Source: Octopus vulgaris (lineage: Eukaryota). From it: 64,000 bases of DNA. Both the position numbers and the translations under genes were made by a program. The number at the start of each line of letters is the position of its first letter. Within the stretch, counting starts at the first letter, position 1. The DNA is taken from the NCBI GenBank assembly GCA_951406725.2, contig OX597832.1:43028001-43092000 (forward strand), given 5' to 3'. Shown here piece by piece: positions 42,261 through 56,260 of this stretch. The notes under the pieces are model-generated. The model had not been told where the DNA came from, did no database searches, and saw only the letters and a program-made list of their open reading frames with translations.

Positions 42261-43295
42261 TTCTATGTCTATATGTACAAACGTAGTTTTCTTTGAGTTT
42301 TAAGTTCTCCTGAAGTGAGTTCAAGCTGTTTGCTGACAAAGCGACAAGTATGTATGTATGTATGTATGTATGTATGTATGTATGTATGTATGTATGTATG
42401 TATGTATGTATGTATGTATGTATGTATGTATGTATGTATGTATGTATGTATGTATGTATGTATGTATGTATGTATGTATGTATGTATGTATGTATGATGC
42501 ATGTGTGTGTGTATGAATGTATGTATGATTTTTTCTTTGAGTTTTATTCAGAGAGTTTAAGCCGGTCGCTAAAAAAGCGACAAGACATTTTGAGTTTAGA
42601 GAGTTATTTGGTATGTTGGTTGAACTGTCGATACACATACAGAAGTGTGTGCATTACTTTACATATCTCAGATGAAGTATTTTTGGAATACCTTCTGCAT
42701 GTATGTATGTATGTATGCATGTATGTATATATGTATGTATGTATGTATACATGTATGTATGTATGTATGTATGTATGTATGTATGTATGTATGTATGTAT
42801 GTATGTATGTATGTATGTATGTGTGTGTATGTATGTATGTATACATGTATGTATGTATGTATGCATGCGTGCATGTATGTATTTATGTATGTATGTATGT
42901 ATGTATGTATGCATGTATGTATTTATGCATGTATGTATGTATACATGTATGCATGTATGCGCATGTATGTATGTATGTATGTATGCATGTATGCGCATGT
43001 ATGTATGTACGTATGTATGTATGTATGCATGTATGCATGTATGCGCATGTATGTATGTATGTATGTATGTATGTATGTATGTATGTATGTATGTATGTAT
43101 GTATGTATGTATGCATGTATGCGCATGTATGCGCATGTATGTATGTATGTATGTATGCATGTATGCGCATGTATGTATGTACGTATGTATGTATGTATGT
43201 ATGTATGCATGTATGCATGTATGCGCATGTATGTATGTATGTATGTATGTATGTATGTATGTATGTATGTATGCATGTATGCGCATGTATGTATG
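42060..43295. repeat. (GATA)n and (TATG)n/(TATGCG)-type arrays
   Basis: Direct reading. Confidence 0.9.
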
Positions 43296-43661
43296 GTACA
43301 AAAAACACGGAGTTGGTGTTAGTTTGACGCTGAGGAAAAAAAGAAGGAAAGAAACGTCCTTTATGTTTCGAGCATTTACTCCGCTTCTGAAAGAAAGGAG
43401 GACACTCAAGGAGTCAAAAAAAAAAAAGCGATGAAGGAAAAAATGGAGAACTATACACATGCATGTATGTAATAACGTATTGGTATACACATGAGATTTA
43501 GTCGTCTCTTGTTACGTATATTACAAGGGGGGGAAGAGATTTTATTAAATGTGGAATGTTAGTGGTTGTCTGCTAGAAGAAAACTTAGACACATATATTG
43601 ACACCCATTCATACAATCTCCTGGCGAATGGGCGCGCACAAACACACACTCAGGAATACAC

Positions 43662-43713
<52 letters not shown>

Positions 43714-44299
43714 GTGATAAATAAAAATATATGCATACATACAAACATATATGTACGTACCTACATCTACATGTATATATACATGCACATATAAATAAAT
43801 ATACGTAAGTACAGGACGCCACAACAAGACGTAGAAACGAAAAAACAAAAATTTTTTGACAAGTACAATATATATATATATACATACTCATCCATGCAGA
43901 TTCATATATAAACATATATACACACACATGTAAGGAAAAAATAATTGTGATATAAAAAAACTGTTTACATGTCGTCTTAGTCTCTTAGTCTTTGCCTCTC
44001 TCTCCCTCTCCCTATCCTTCTGTATATATAAATATATAAATGTATATATATATATATATATGTGTGTGTGTCTGACATATGCATGTATGTATAAATTGTA
44101 GTGGTGTACTTATACATACGCACGCACGCTGTCACACTAATACATACACACACACATACAACGTATTCGTAAATAAATTAAGATTAAGTTTATATGTGTG
44201 TGTGTGTATGTGCGTACACACATACATACATACATAGACAACGTATAGACAACGATAGACATTCACAAACAAACTTTTATATCGTGATGTATATGAGCA

Positions 44300-44332
<33 letters not shown>

Positions 44333-44735
44333 ATATTTGTGCGTTTTCGTGCGATAGAACACATACATAAGACTTACACACACACATATAACACACTCAC
44401 ACACACACACACACAAGCATAAAACACCCATACACACATAAAACACTCACACACACACATAAAGCATTTACACACACACACACACTCACTCACACACGCA
44501 TACACACGCGCACACACATATGACCCACGTAGAAAATAGCTCACACATATACGTACACACACAAGCCATATAGGATTTCAAATTTCCCTCTATATATTTT
44601 ATATATTTTTATAAAAGATTACAATTCTGTCAAGTCAGGATTTTTTGCAGCGGAACTGATATTTCAGTTGACCCCAGAATGAACCTTAGATGGCCGCGGG
44701 GATAGCGATGTGTAATGAAACAGTGTTTGCTTCAG

Positions 44736-44774
<39 letters not shown>

Positions 44775-45192
44775 TTTCTTACAGTGCTTCGAGACTCGGC
44801 GTTCGATCCGACTGCGTAAGACCTTGGATACTTTTTTTTTTCTCTAAAATAGCTTCGAGCAGACACATACCTCACCAACTAAATTTGGCTGATGCAAACT
44901 GCGCAACAGTTCGTTTATCACATGGCAGTAGGGGCCATGCTGGGGCACCGGCTTCAATTTTCCTTTTTGCTTTTGTTTTTTTTTTTTGTTTAGTTACTTT
45001 TTTACAATTCGGGATATAGTTTTATGTATTTATATTTCAACGAAATGCCAAGTTTACGCTTTTAGATACAGCAACGTTTATTATTTTTACTCTGTTGAAT
45101 ATAAACCTGTTCATAAATTCTATAAATACACGTACATGCTGCACACCCAAACATATACATACATGCATGTATGTATATATATATATATATAT

Positions 45193-45241
<49 letters not shown>

Positions 45242-45506
45242 TATATATATATACACATATATATGTATGTATGTATATAGTAGAATGATAAATATATATA
45301 TATATACACATATATATGTATGTATGTATATAGTAGAATGATAAAATGAAAGTTCTTGTTACGGTATTAAATATATTTGAAAAAATGTGTAGAGGTGGCT
45401 TTTGCAGGGGAAAACTTTTATTTTGATCTTTAAGATTAAAATAAAAATCCACCCCCATCAAAAGCCATCCCTATTTAGTTTTTCAAATACTCACACACAC
45501 ACACAC

Positions 45507-45547
<41 letters not shown>

Positions 45548-45686
45548 TACATATACAGTATATTACAGATATTGTGGATCATATCAAAATTTCGGCTGAT
45601 AGTTTTCATAATTTCCAGAACGTAATACAGAATCATAGCATTAGCACACACAATTTTCTATCTCTCTATTTGTCTCCTTCTCTCTT

Positions 45687-45723
<37 letters not shown>

Positions 45724-46149
45724 TTTGAGCTCTCTTTTTTACCTCCCTATATAATCTTGACTATGGTTGCAGTATGTGTGTATATATATGTATGTGTCTA
45801 CCACAGAGATACATATATAAGTTTGGTTGAACAAACAAGAGAGAAAATATCATACATTCGTGTATGCACGCGCGTAAGTGTATGGCTTCTAAGGCAGCCT
45901 TCAGAAAGGAACCAACTTTCACCACCTTTGTCAATTTCGTATAAAATACATGTGAACTTCCAGAAATAATATCTTAAAAATTCAATTTAATTCAATTTAT
46001 TTCATTTTGTTTTCCCTTCTCTTTCAGCATGACTAGATTGTCTGTTAAAACGAGTGAAACCGGTATCAATTTTTATGAGAATGTAAATACATTTTTGTAT
46101 CCGTGATAAAATTCTCGAAGTTTTCCTTCTAGTTTTTTGGCATAAATTT

Positions 46150-46720
46150 ACTCTTTTATTTCTTTCAACCATTGGATTGCAGTCATGCTGGGGCACCGCT
46201 TTGAAGGATTTAGTCGAAAAAAATCAACCCCAGTTCTTAATTATTTTTTCAAAGACTGGTACGTACTTATTCTGTTGGTCTATTATGCTAAACAGCTAAG
46301 TTACTGCGACGTAAACAAACTATTACCGGTTGTCAAGCGGTGGTGGGGAATAAACACCATCATCATCATCATTGTCGACCGTGGTCAAGACAATGGAATT
46401 TACCATGCTACGCCAGACCTCACGGTCCATCATGGGATTACGGAGGTCCTGTTGCTGGATGTCTGTATCCCTGGAGATTACATCAGGGTAGGAGAGTGTG
46501 CGCCCTCTGGTATTGCGAGTAGATGGCTTCCAGGGGAGAAGAGTAGAAATTACCTCTTTTTCAGCTCTACAACAAATTCCAGCAAACTGGACTCTCCTAC
46601 CTTTCATAAACACCAACACACAGACAAACACCCGTCTAACAAATCCACTCACAAGATTTTGGCTCAAGGTGCCACACAGTGGGACAACCCAGAACCATGT
46701 TGTTGGCAAACAAACTTCTC
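46150..46720 (-). mobile_element. SINE family A (old), interrupted by an RTE 3' end
   Basis: Tail at 46150-46355 and head at 46635-46720. Confidence 0.75.
46358..46590 (-). mobile_element. RTE-clade LINE 3' end with (GAT)n tail
   Basis: FAGICCRAEKEVISTLLPWKPSTRNTRGRTLSYPDVISRDT...LRNPMMDREVWRSMV. Confidence 0.8.
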
Positions 46721-47524
46721 ACCACACATTCACACACGCGTATATGTACATATGCTTATGCATGTGCGTGCGCGCGCGCGTGCATGTGTTCGTGTGCGTG
46801 CGAGTTCGTGTGTGGCATACGGCTCACTATTTTAAGACTAAGCTTTGAAACATGCGGCATGGCTTTAATTCTGGTGTTTAACCCCCAGGTAGATATCCTG
46901 AGCGTCCTTGCCAAAATAATAGTTATTCCAGTAGCGACCACCCAATTTTGACACATAGTACATCACGGACCACATCACCCAATAATTTACTATGCTCCCC
47001 CTTCTTACAATATTATTTTGCATTTGACTCGACGGAGATTTCATTACTTCTGGGTGTACGAGCGACCCTCGACCCACAGCTATACTGCTTTTGATCTCTA
47101 ATCTGCTTGTTCCGGATTGACACAGGGCTAACCAAGAGCACGGTCTCATCTTTATACTTTAAATTCCAAGGCTTCACAGCAATAAAAATGATCTCGCAGT
47201 TAAATCTACGCTGCCGGTTTCGATTCTTAGTTGCTTTTTTTCTTCTTGTTTTTGTTTCAACTAATTATCTTAACTGACTAGACTAATAACCTTGAACAAA
47301 GCCCCAATGTCATTTGTTACACTTTCTCTCTCCCTCCCTCTCTCTCTCTTCTTCCCTTCTCTCTTCTTCTTCCTCTGTCTCTTTGTCTCTCCCTCCCCCT
47401 TTCTCTCTCCTTGTCTAAAGAGCAATGGTAATTTTTTTCTAATCTAAGAAATCAATTTACTGACAATAAAAATATATAGTATATAAATGTATACTTGTAT
47501 GCATGTATATATAAGAGTATATAT

Positions 47525-47585
<61 letters not shown>

Positions 47586-47646
47586 TATCATATATATATA
47601 TATATATATATAATATATCATATATATATATATATATAATATATCA

Positions 47647-47735
<89 letters not shown>

Positions 47736-47791
47736 TATCATATATGTATATATATATATATATACATGTATATATATATAATATCATATAT

Positions 47792-47857
<66 letters not shown>

Positions 47858-48206
47858 TATGTGTGTGTGAATATATGTCTGTCTATGTATAATGATGGCA
47901 CATGATGAGAGCTGTGCAGAAATATTAATGAATTAATTATAAATGAGAAAGAAATGGTGTAGTTTAGCGAACCCACTTATTAGGCGTTGTAGTGATATTA
48001 TTATCACTGTTAATACACCAGCGTAGCTCTAACTTCAGAACATATCAATATTCTGACATTTGTCACCCACTAAAGTGTTTTTCACACCTAATAACATTTA
48101 CAAATAAACAAACCAATGAAAAGTTCGCAGTGACTTGCCAGATATATGTTGTCTACGAGTAAAACGTCCGTCTGAAGTTTGAATGTGTTTTGCACTAATT
48201 CTATAG

Positions 48207-48283
48207 AAGCATTGGACAGGGAACGGCTTTCACTTCGCAGAGACTTGGCAGTCGACAGAAAGCTGCAAGAGAAAGAGAGACAG
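48207..48283 (+). CDS. Candidate internal coding exon, (E)ALDRERLSLRRDLAVDRKLQEKERQ, coiled-coil-like
   Basis: Branch-point-like CACTAAT, acceptor TTCTATAG, donor CAG|GTAGAC, open frame phase 1-0, charged helical peptide, unique sequence. Confidence 0.45.
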
Positions 48284-48419
48284 GTAGACATACTCACACT
48301 ACATTCATTACCAAGAACTGAAACTGCGGTCTACATGTTTCTTTCCATTGTGTTTTGGAATTTGCGTTTAGAAAGAATAATATGTCCAACCCCATTTTAG
48401 GTGTGCTGTAAGGTTTTAT

Positions 48420-48570
48420 GTTCCACCACAGGGTTCAGCTCTTGTGTGGTATGGCAGCTTGTGAGCCTCAATGACCCCGAGAACTATGCCAGGGGTGCGT
48501 GACTCTTTGTAAGGGCCTCCCGTACTGGACAGGTCAAAGGACAGAGGTCAAGCGAATATGGAGCACCGCT
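48420..48570 (+). mobile_element. 5' UTR of an RTE (Expander/Rex3-like) LINE, possible HDV-like ribozyme remnant
   Basis: CACCAC...CTTGTGTGGT...GCTTGTGAGCCTCAATGACCCCGAGAACTATGCC...AGGGCCTCCC.TACTGGACAGGTC resembles RTE 5' leaders (recalled similarity, not searched). Confidence 0.55.
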
Positions 48571-48954
48571 TATCAGGAACAAAAGTATGCTTGTGCAGGG
48601 TTAAAAAAAAGAAAGAAAACAGTTACAGAATCATGGATAGCAACTCAAAACCAAAACGATTCTTTAGGGGTCAAATTTGAAAGGATTTTAAAAAATCCTT
48701 GCAATTGGGGTAAGCGAGGCAAAATACTTATTGCCGACCAGGCAAGTTTCCAATGTCCTCCAGGAACATCAGATCAGTTAGTGCACCAGAGCTCTTAGTA
48801 TGCTATCATCAGTATTTTAATTTTCTTTTCCCCCCTATTCACCAAGGTGTCCCTATTCCCTCCAAAATGGGTACCAGTCGAGTATCATTGTCAATGTAAT
48901 CGAATAGAACCTTCTTGTAAAATTGCTGGCCTTGTGCCAAACTTTGAACACACA

Positions 48955-49170
48955 CGAGGGGCTGCTGAAAAGTTCTCGGCTTTAAAAGTACCGGAAAAGG
49001 CCTGGCTGGAGGGCCAACCTTCCGAGTTCTTTTACAGGGCTTAGAAAAACTGAAGGGCCACTGCAATGAGTGTGTGACCCTGAGAGGAGAATATGCTGAA
49101 TAAAATCATAATTAACTTATCCTCCTGTATTTTCTTTTATTTAAAGCCAAGACCTTTTCGGTACCTCTCG
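48955..49170 (+). mobile_element. Internally deleted mariner element (MITE-like)
   Basis: Imperfect ~30-bp TIRs CGAGGGGCTGCTGAAAAGTTCTCGGCTTTA / TAAAGCCAAGACCTTTTCGGTACCTCTCG, TA at the right end, and internal WLEGQPSEFF/GLEKLKGHCNECVTLRGEYAE*, a mariner C-terminus. Confidence 0.85.
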
Positions 49171-49311
49171 TATTGTCTTTCATCTTTTCGGGGTCTCAAA
49201 TTCAGTACCAGTTGAATACTGACGTCGAGGAAAACGATTAATCCCATCCCCTAACAAAAAAGAAAAACAAAAAAACTGATGGCCATGTGACAGAATCTGA
49301 AATCATCGTTA

Positions 49312-49500
49312 AAGGCGACGAGCTGACAGATTCCTTTGCAAGCCGGACAAAATGCCGAGTGGTATTTTGTCCGTCTTTACGTTCTGACTTCAAATTCCGC
49401 CGAAGTCACCCTTGTCCTTCATTCTTTTTCGATAAAATAAGTAGCAGTCAATTACTGGAGGCGATATAATCGCTATATGCTCCTTCTAATGTAGAGAGAA
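49312..49500 (+). mobile_element. SINE family B (diverged)
   Basis: Homology to the other family B copies. Confidence 0.75.
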
Positions 49501-50096
49501 TTATTGTAGTAGTAGTAGTAGTAGTAGAAGTAGTAGTAGTAGTAGTAGTAGTAACAGCAGCAGTAGTAATAGTAGTAGAAGTAGTAGTAGCAGCAACGGT
49601 TGTAGTAGTAGTGGTTCTTGTAGTATAATAGTAGTAGTAATAGTACTACTACTCTACTAATAGTAGTAGTAGTAGTAGTAGTAGTCTACTACTACAACTA
49701 CTAGTAGTAGTATTTGTAATAGTAACAGCGGCAGCTGTAGTTGTAGTACTAGTAGTAGTAGTAGTAGTAGTAGTAGTAGGTGTTAGTAGGTTGTTGTTGC
49801 TGTTGTTGCAGTTGTGGTTGTTGCTCGTGGTAGTGATGGGGTGTTTTCTTGTTTCTGTCGGTGTTTTTCTGTTGCTCACAGCATGAAGAATGTGAAAATA
49901 ACATTTTGATCGTTTAAATAAATTAAATAAATATCCCATCTCTTTAATCTGATTTCCTCCAAGAATCGACTTCAGTTCTTATAATTCATGCATAAAATCT
50001 ATCTGTCAACTCCCCCATCCATCTCTCTTCCTCTCCCTCTCCCTCTTACACACACATTATAATTATATTTATATTTATCAGGTCATATATATATAG

Positions 50097-50256
<160 letters not shown>

Positions 50257-50378
50257 TACATGCATACTTTACATATATATGAAATACAGATATAGAAAAT
50301 GATTGAGAGATAAGGAAGATTCAAACGGATACCTACATAAAAAGCGTTGTATATAATATGTACATGTATGTATATCTG

Positions 50379-50416
<38 letters not shown>

Positions 50417-50434
50417 TATACAAATATACATTTG

Positions 50435-50476
<42 letters not shown>

Positions 50477-50511
50477 TAGATATGTACATATATGTATATA
50501 TATACACACAC

Positions 50512-50561
<50 letters not shown>

Positions 50562-50985
50562 GTGTGTGTGTTTATGAATATATGTAGGTCAGATTTCACG
50601 CCACATTTCAGGCATGTGTGCGATTGACAAAAAAAAAGGAAAGCAGAAAAATGAAACGAAGTAATTCTTCTCTTAAATGCCTCATTTAAAAAACACATCC
50701 ACCCAGTAGCATCTCGATAATATCAATGAAACACACGCATACAGTATTCATATTGACTATTTTCATGACATACGTACATGTGCACTCGTATCATTACATA
50801 AATATGTAAATGTATGTAGGGCTGGAGAGGTTTCGTAAATGTTAGTTCAAGGAATTAATTAGTCCACCAAGTACAAGGCTGGAAACTGGATATTGAGAGT
50901 TTGTATCTATTTATCTATCTATGCATCTATCTATCTATCTATCTATCTATCTATGAATATGTATTTATCTATGTATATGTGTGTA

Positions 50986-51134
<149 letters not shown>

Positions 51135-51259
51135 ACAACAATTAAGGAATGGCCTTAATAGGCCATTCGGCCCACTAGAAGAAGCAGCCAGGACTCAAAC
51201 CGCTAAGTAGTAGTAATTCAGAAATTAGGTGAAAATTTAAAAACATTTACCCTAATTCA

Positions 51260-51354
51260 TCTTTAGACGATGCATCGTTTCGGTGTTTTTAATGGCAAAC
51301 CAGCTTAAATTAAATTAAGTCAATCTACCAAAGGCTACACCTCATCAGTAAAGA
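51260..51354 (-). ncRNA. Canonical type I hammerhead ribozyme
   Basis: Minus strand TCTTTA-CTGATGA-GGTGT[extended hairpin]ACACC-GAAA-CGATGCATCG-TC-TAAAGA: 6-bp stem I, 5-bp stem II base, palindromic stem III, GUC cleavage triplet (C at 51266). Confidence 0.9.
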
Positions 51355-51484
51355 GACCAGGAGAGACGGATATACACGAGGCATCCATATATATATATAA
51401 ATTATATATCATATATATCATATTATATATATAATATATATAAGATATATATATATTCATATATATATATTATATCATATATAT

Positions 51485-51695
51485 ACTCTTTTACTCTTTT
51501 ACTTGTTTCAGTCATTTGACTGCGGCCATGCTGGAACACCGCCTTTAGTCGAGCAAATCGACCCCAGGACTTATTCTTTGTAAGCCTAGTACTTATTCTA
51601 TCGTTCTCTTTTGCTGAACCGTTAATTTTCGGGGACGCAAATACACCAGCATCGGTTGTCAAGCGATGTTGGGGGGGAACAAACAGACACACAAG

Positions 51696-51755
<60 letters not shown>

Positions 51756-51837
51756 TACGACGGGCTTCTTTGAGTGTCCGTCTACCAAATCCACTCACAA
51801 AACTTTGGTCTGCCCGAGGCTATAGTAGAAGACACTT
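51485..51837 (-). mobile_element. SINE family A (5' head truncated)
   Basis: Homology to the other family A copies. Confidence 0.88.
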
Positions 51838-52312
51838 ATATATACATATACATATACATATAAATATACATATATATATACATATATATATATATACTAC
51901 ACACACACATACACACGCACAGTGTCTGCATTTAAAAAGATCTATAGGGAGTGTGGTTGGTCACTGATGAGCGATGTAACAACAGCAACAACGACTGCTC
52001 TAGCCGCCATTACTGGTGCGATATAATCTCTCGCCCATCATCTCGCAATGTCCGCTCAGTCAAATGAAATCTATAACGTAAATTAGGAAAGTAGTTAAGA
52101 GTGTTTGTGTTAAATGACAGCTGAGACAATTATTCGTGTCACATGATGTCGTATGTGAAGTGTTCACTGAACCAGCTTTTATTTTATTCATTGTCTCGCT
52201 ATATTCCGTTTAGATAGAAGGACACCCAGTCATTCACGTGACGGTCATCAGTCGGCTTGGAGATCAAAAGCACAAGTGCAGACGATTTTAGCTACCATGG
52301 AAACGCCTGCAG

Positions 52313-52356
<44 letters not shown>

Positions 52357-52519
52357 GCATACACATACAAATATGTATATGTATATATATATGTGTGTAT
52401 ATGTGTGTATGTATATATACGTGTTTATGTGTGTAGATATATATGCGTATATGTGTATAGATATATATGACTGCGTGCGTATATGTTTGTAAGCCGACGG
52501 CCAGTAATGCAGGCAATCA

Positions 52520-52911
<392 letters not shown>

Positions 52912-52964
52912 GGGCAGACATACATGCATGCGTATGTGTATGTGTGTCTGCGTGTGTGTCTGTG

Positions 52965-54185
52965 TACGTCTTTCCCAAGAAATTCATTGACATTGTATGA
53001 CAGTGAGGTGATGGCATGTTGACCTCAGTCCAAAACAACAACGAAATATCTGAGCTAACCTTTTTCTCAAATGGGGTGAAGCAAGGTTGTGTCCTTGCTC
53101 GTATTCTTTTCAGTCACATATTTTTAGCCATGCTAACGGATGCCTTCAAAGATACAGACACAGGCTTAGACATTGGCATTACATATCCACACTGATGGCT
53201 CAATCTTTAGCCTCAAGTGGCTTCAATCCAAAACTAAGTTTATCATCAATGACTTCCAGTTTGCTGGTGGCTGTGCCTCAATGCTGCCTCCGAAGGTGAC
53301 ATGCGGCACAATGCTGGGAAGTTCTCTTGGCATGGCAGCAACTTCAGCCCCAACCTCATCACAAACAATACGGAAGTAGTGTCTCAGTCGACATTTTAAA
53401 AGCCTTACACAAAACCCGCCATTACCATTAATGGGCAACGACTGAATGCAGTGGATATGTTTACATTCCTTGGGAGCACACTCTTCACAAATGTTATCAT
53501 TGATGACAAAGTAAAGGCTCGTCTCGCTCAAGTGAATGTTGTCTTTAGCAGACGTTATGTGAACGTGTGAAACAGGAAAGGCATCACGAGAAACAAGGAT
53601 CTACTAAGGCGGCGAGCTGGCAGAAACGTTAGCACGCCGGGCGAAATACTTAGCGGTATTTCGTCTGCTGTTACGTTCTGAGTTCAAATTCCACCGAGGT
53701 TGACTTTGCCTTTCATCCTTTCCGGGTCGATAAATTAAGTACCAGTTACACACTGTGGTCCATATAATCGATTTAATCCGTCTGTCTGTCCTTGTTTGTC
53801 TCTTCTATGTTTAGCCCCTTGTGGGTAGTAAAGAAACAGAAATAGGTATTTCGTCTGCCGTTACGTTCTGAGTTCAAATTCCGCCGAGGTCGACTTTGCC
53901 TTTCATCCTTTCGGGGTCGATAAATTAAGTACCAGTTACGCACTGGGGTCGATGTAATGGACTTAATTCCGTTTTCTGTTCTTGTTTGTTCCCTTTATGT
54001 TTAGCCCCCTGTGGGTAATAAAAAATAAGAAACAAGTATCTACTAATGTCATACAAGGAAACTGAAACTCTTCCATACAACCCGCTTCAGAAAACTTCTT
54101 GGAATAAAGTGGCAAGACAAAATCCCAGATACTGAAGTGCTCGCCAGTCCTAGGTTATCAAGCATCTACATCATCCTCATGCTCA
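52965..54185 (+). pseudogene. Decayed RTE (BovB-like) LINE reverse transcriptase, interrupted by SINE B
   Basis: FPKKFIDIV...NGVKQGCVLARILF...TDGSIFSLKWLQSKTK..FAGGCA...INGQRLNAVDMFTFLGSTL...FHTTRFRKLLGIKWQDKIPDTEVL. Confidence 0.88.
53608..54027 (+). mobile_element. SINE family B, head-to-tail ~1.8-mer inside a single 19-bp TSD
   Basis: TSD AGAAACAAG(G/T)ATCTACTAA at 53589-53607 and 54028-54046. The second unit (~53845-54027) lacks the first ~48 nt. Confidence 0.9.
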
Positions 54186-54202
54186 TCTGGTTAATTATTA
54201 TC

Positions 54203-54410
54203 AAGGTGGTGAGCTGGCAGAATTGTTAGCACACCAGGCAAAATGCTTAGCAGCATTTCGTTCGTCTTTACGTGCTGAGTTCAAATTCTGCCGAGGTCCG
54301 CTTTAGCTGTCAGCCCTTAGGGGTCTACAACATAAGTACTAGTCGAGCACTAGTATCGATGTAATCAGCTCTACCAAACCTTCTGGCCTTCTACCAAAAT
54401 ATGAAACCAT
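54203..54410 (+). mobile_element. SINE family B (older)
   Basis: Homology to the other family B copies. Confidence 0.8.
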
Positions 54411-54689
54411 TATTATTATTGGTGGTGGGGGTGTCGTTGTTGTCGTCGTGGTTGTTGTCGCCGTGGTTGTTGTTGCTGTCGCTGTTCTTTGATTGAAATG
54501 GAAACGAAATGGCATCCAAAGAGAATTCCAATCCATTAACTGTCCGTTTCTACAGAATTTATTACAGACAGCAAGTGTAATGTGTTAACATTAAGTGTAG
54601 CGCACTTCAGTTGCTTTTTTTCTTTATTTCATTTATTCTTTCTATTGCTGATTGATTTCCCCCACAATTAATATACTATCTGCCTGTCC

Positions 54690-54862
54690 GTTTGTCAGTC
54701 CGTCTATCTATCTGTCTGTCTGTCGAGTCGTCCACTCTGTGCTTGTCAGTCCGTCTATCTATCTGGTCGTCTGGTCGTCCACTCTGCGCTTGTCAGTTCG
54801 TCTATCTATCTGTCGTCTGGTCGTCCACTCTGCGCTTATCAGTCCGTTTATCTGCCTATCTA
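54690..54862. repeat. Minisatellite, ~47-bp unit x3.5
   Basis: GTCAGTCCGTCTATCTATCTG...GTCGTCCACTCTG(C/T)GCTT repeated. Confidence 0.85.
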
Positions 54863-55275
54863 TCCGCCATTTTATCTCTCTTTATTTGACTGCTTTTTCT
54901 GCATGTCTATATCAGCACATATTTGTCTCTGCTTATATTTGTCTGTCTTACTTTCCTGAGTGTCTCTCACTGAAATAAACTCTGTGTTTGTACGTCTATC
55001 CGTCTGTTTTTGTTTCGTTGCCTTTCGTTGTGATTGTCTGCATTGGCTGTGGAATTAGTGCTAAACTATTTAATCCAGCGAACATTAAAAAGCTAATTAG
55101 GATCAATTATGCGGTTGGAATTACAAGCGTGAGAATTATGTGATGGGAAAAAAGAATCATACTCCATTAAGCAATATAATTTCGATTCTTTTGGTAAATC
55201 GGGAGACAATAATTCAAAGAATATAAATTATTCTTAGAAGTCATCTGCAGAGGTTTTATCTAAGTATATCTGCCA

Positions 55276-55385
<110 letters not shown>

Positions 55386-55457
55386 GTATCTATCTATCTA
55401 TCTATCTGTCTGTCTGTCTCTCTTTCTTTTTCTCTCTCTCTCTATCTATCTATCTAC

Positions 55458-55509
<52 letters not shown>

Positions 55510-55519
55510 ATCTATATAT

Positions 55520-55878
55520 TGACTGCGGCCATGCTGGAGTACCGCCTTTAGTCGAACAAATCGACCCCAGGACTTACTCTTTGTAAGCCTAGTACTTATT
55601 CTATCGGTGCATTTTGCCATACCGCTAAGTTATCGTACCACCAGCATCGGTTGTCAAGCGATGATGAACCCCCCCCCCCACACACACACACTCACACACA
55701 TATATATATATATACATATACGACAGGTTTCTTTCAATTTCCGTCTACCAAATCCACTCACAAGGCTTTGCTGGTTCCGAGGCTATAGTAGAAGACACTT
55801 GCCCAAGTTGCCACGCAGTGGGACTGAGCCCGGAACTGTGTGGTTGGTAAGCAAGCTACATACCACACAGCCACTCCA
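55520..55878 (-). mobile_element. SINE family A
   Basis: Homology to the other family A copies. Confidence 0.88.
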
Positions 55879-56204
55879 TATGCATATATTTTTCTCTCTA
55901 TCTATCAATTAATCAATTTGTTTGTCTGTCTATCTGTCTAGCTAGATAGCTAGCTATGCATCAAGTCTACGTGAGAATACTTCTCCATGAAAAATTGCAG
56001 TGAAAAAGATATTTTACCAGTTCAAATACCCCTCGAATGTATTTGAACTGCTATGAATTTGTTGTTTTTTTTATTTTTATCTCACAGTTACTGCCTTAAC
56101 TCATAAATTTATTATGGTTTCACAGCCGAAATGCACCACCGGTCAAAGACTGTGGGTGGTTTATTTGATAAGAGAGGAACAATCTCCTAGTCAACTCAGT
56201 GTTG

Positions 56205-56260
56205 CCTGTCTGCTGCTGATGAGAAGATAACTACTTCGAAATGTATGGATTCATCAGTCC
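56205..56260 (+). ncRNA. Hammerhead core (stem I/III junction imperfect)
   Basis: CTGATGA-GAAG ataacta CTTC-GAAA-TG tatggatt CA-TC at 56216-56254. Confidence 0.5.

Noticed and set aside
42350-43434. Long MYVC/HTYI ORFs (up to 325 aa) and the many YIYI ORFs across the window
   Set aside because: They are translations of (TATG)n and (TA)n microsatellites.
51964-52070. CTGATGAGCG...CGCTCAG, a possible hammerhead
   Set aside because: No GAAA follows a closable stem II and there is no NUH/stem I arrangement.
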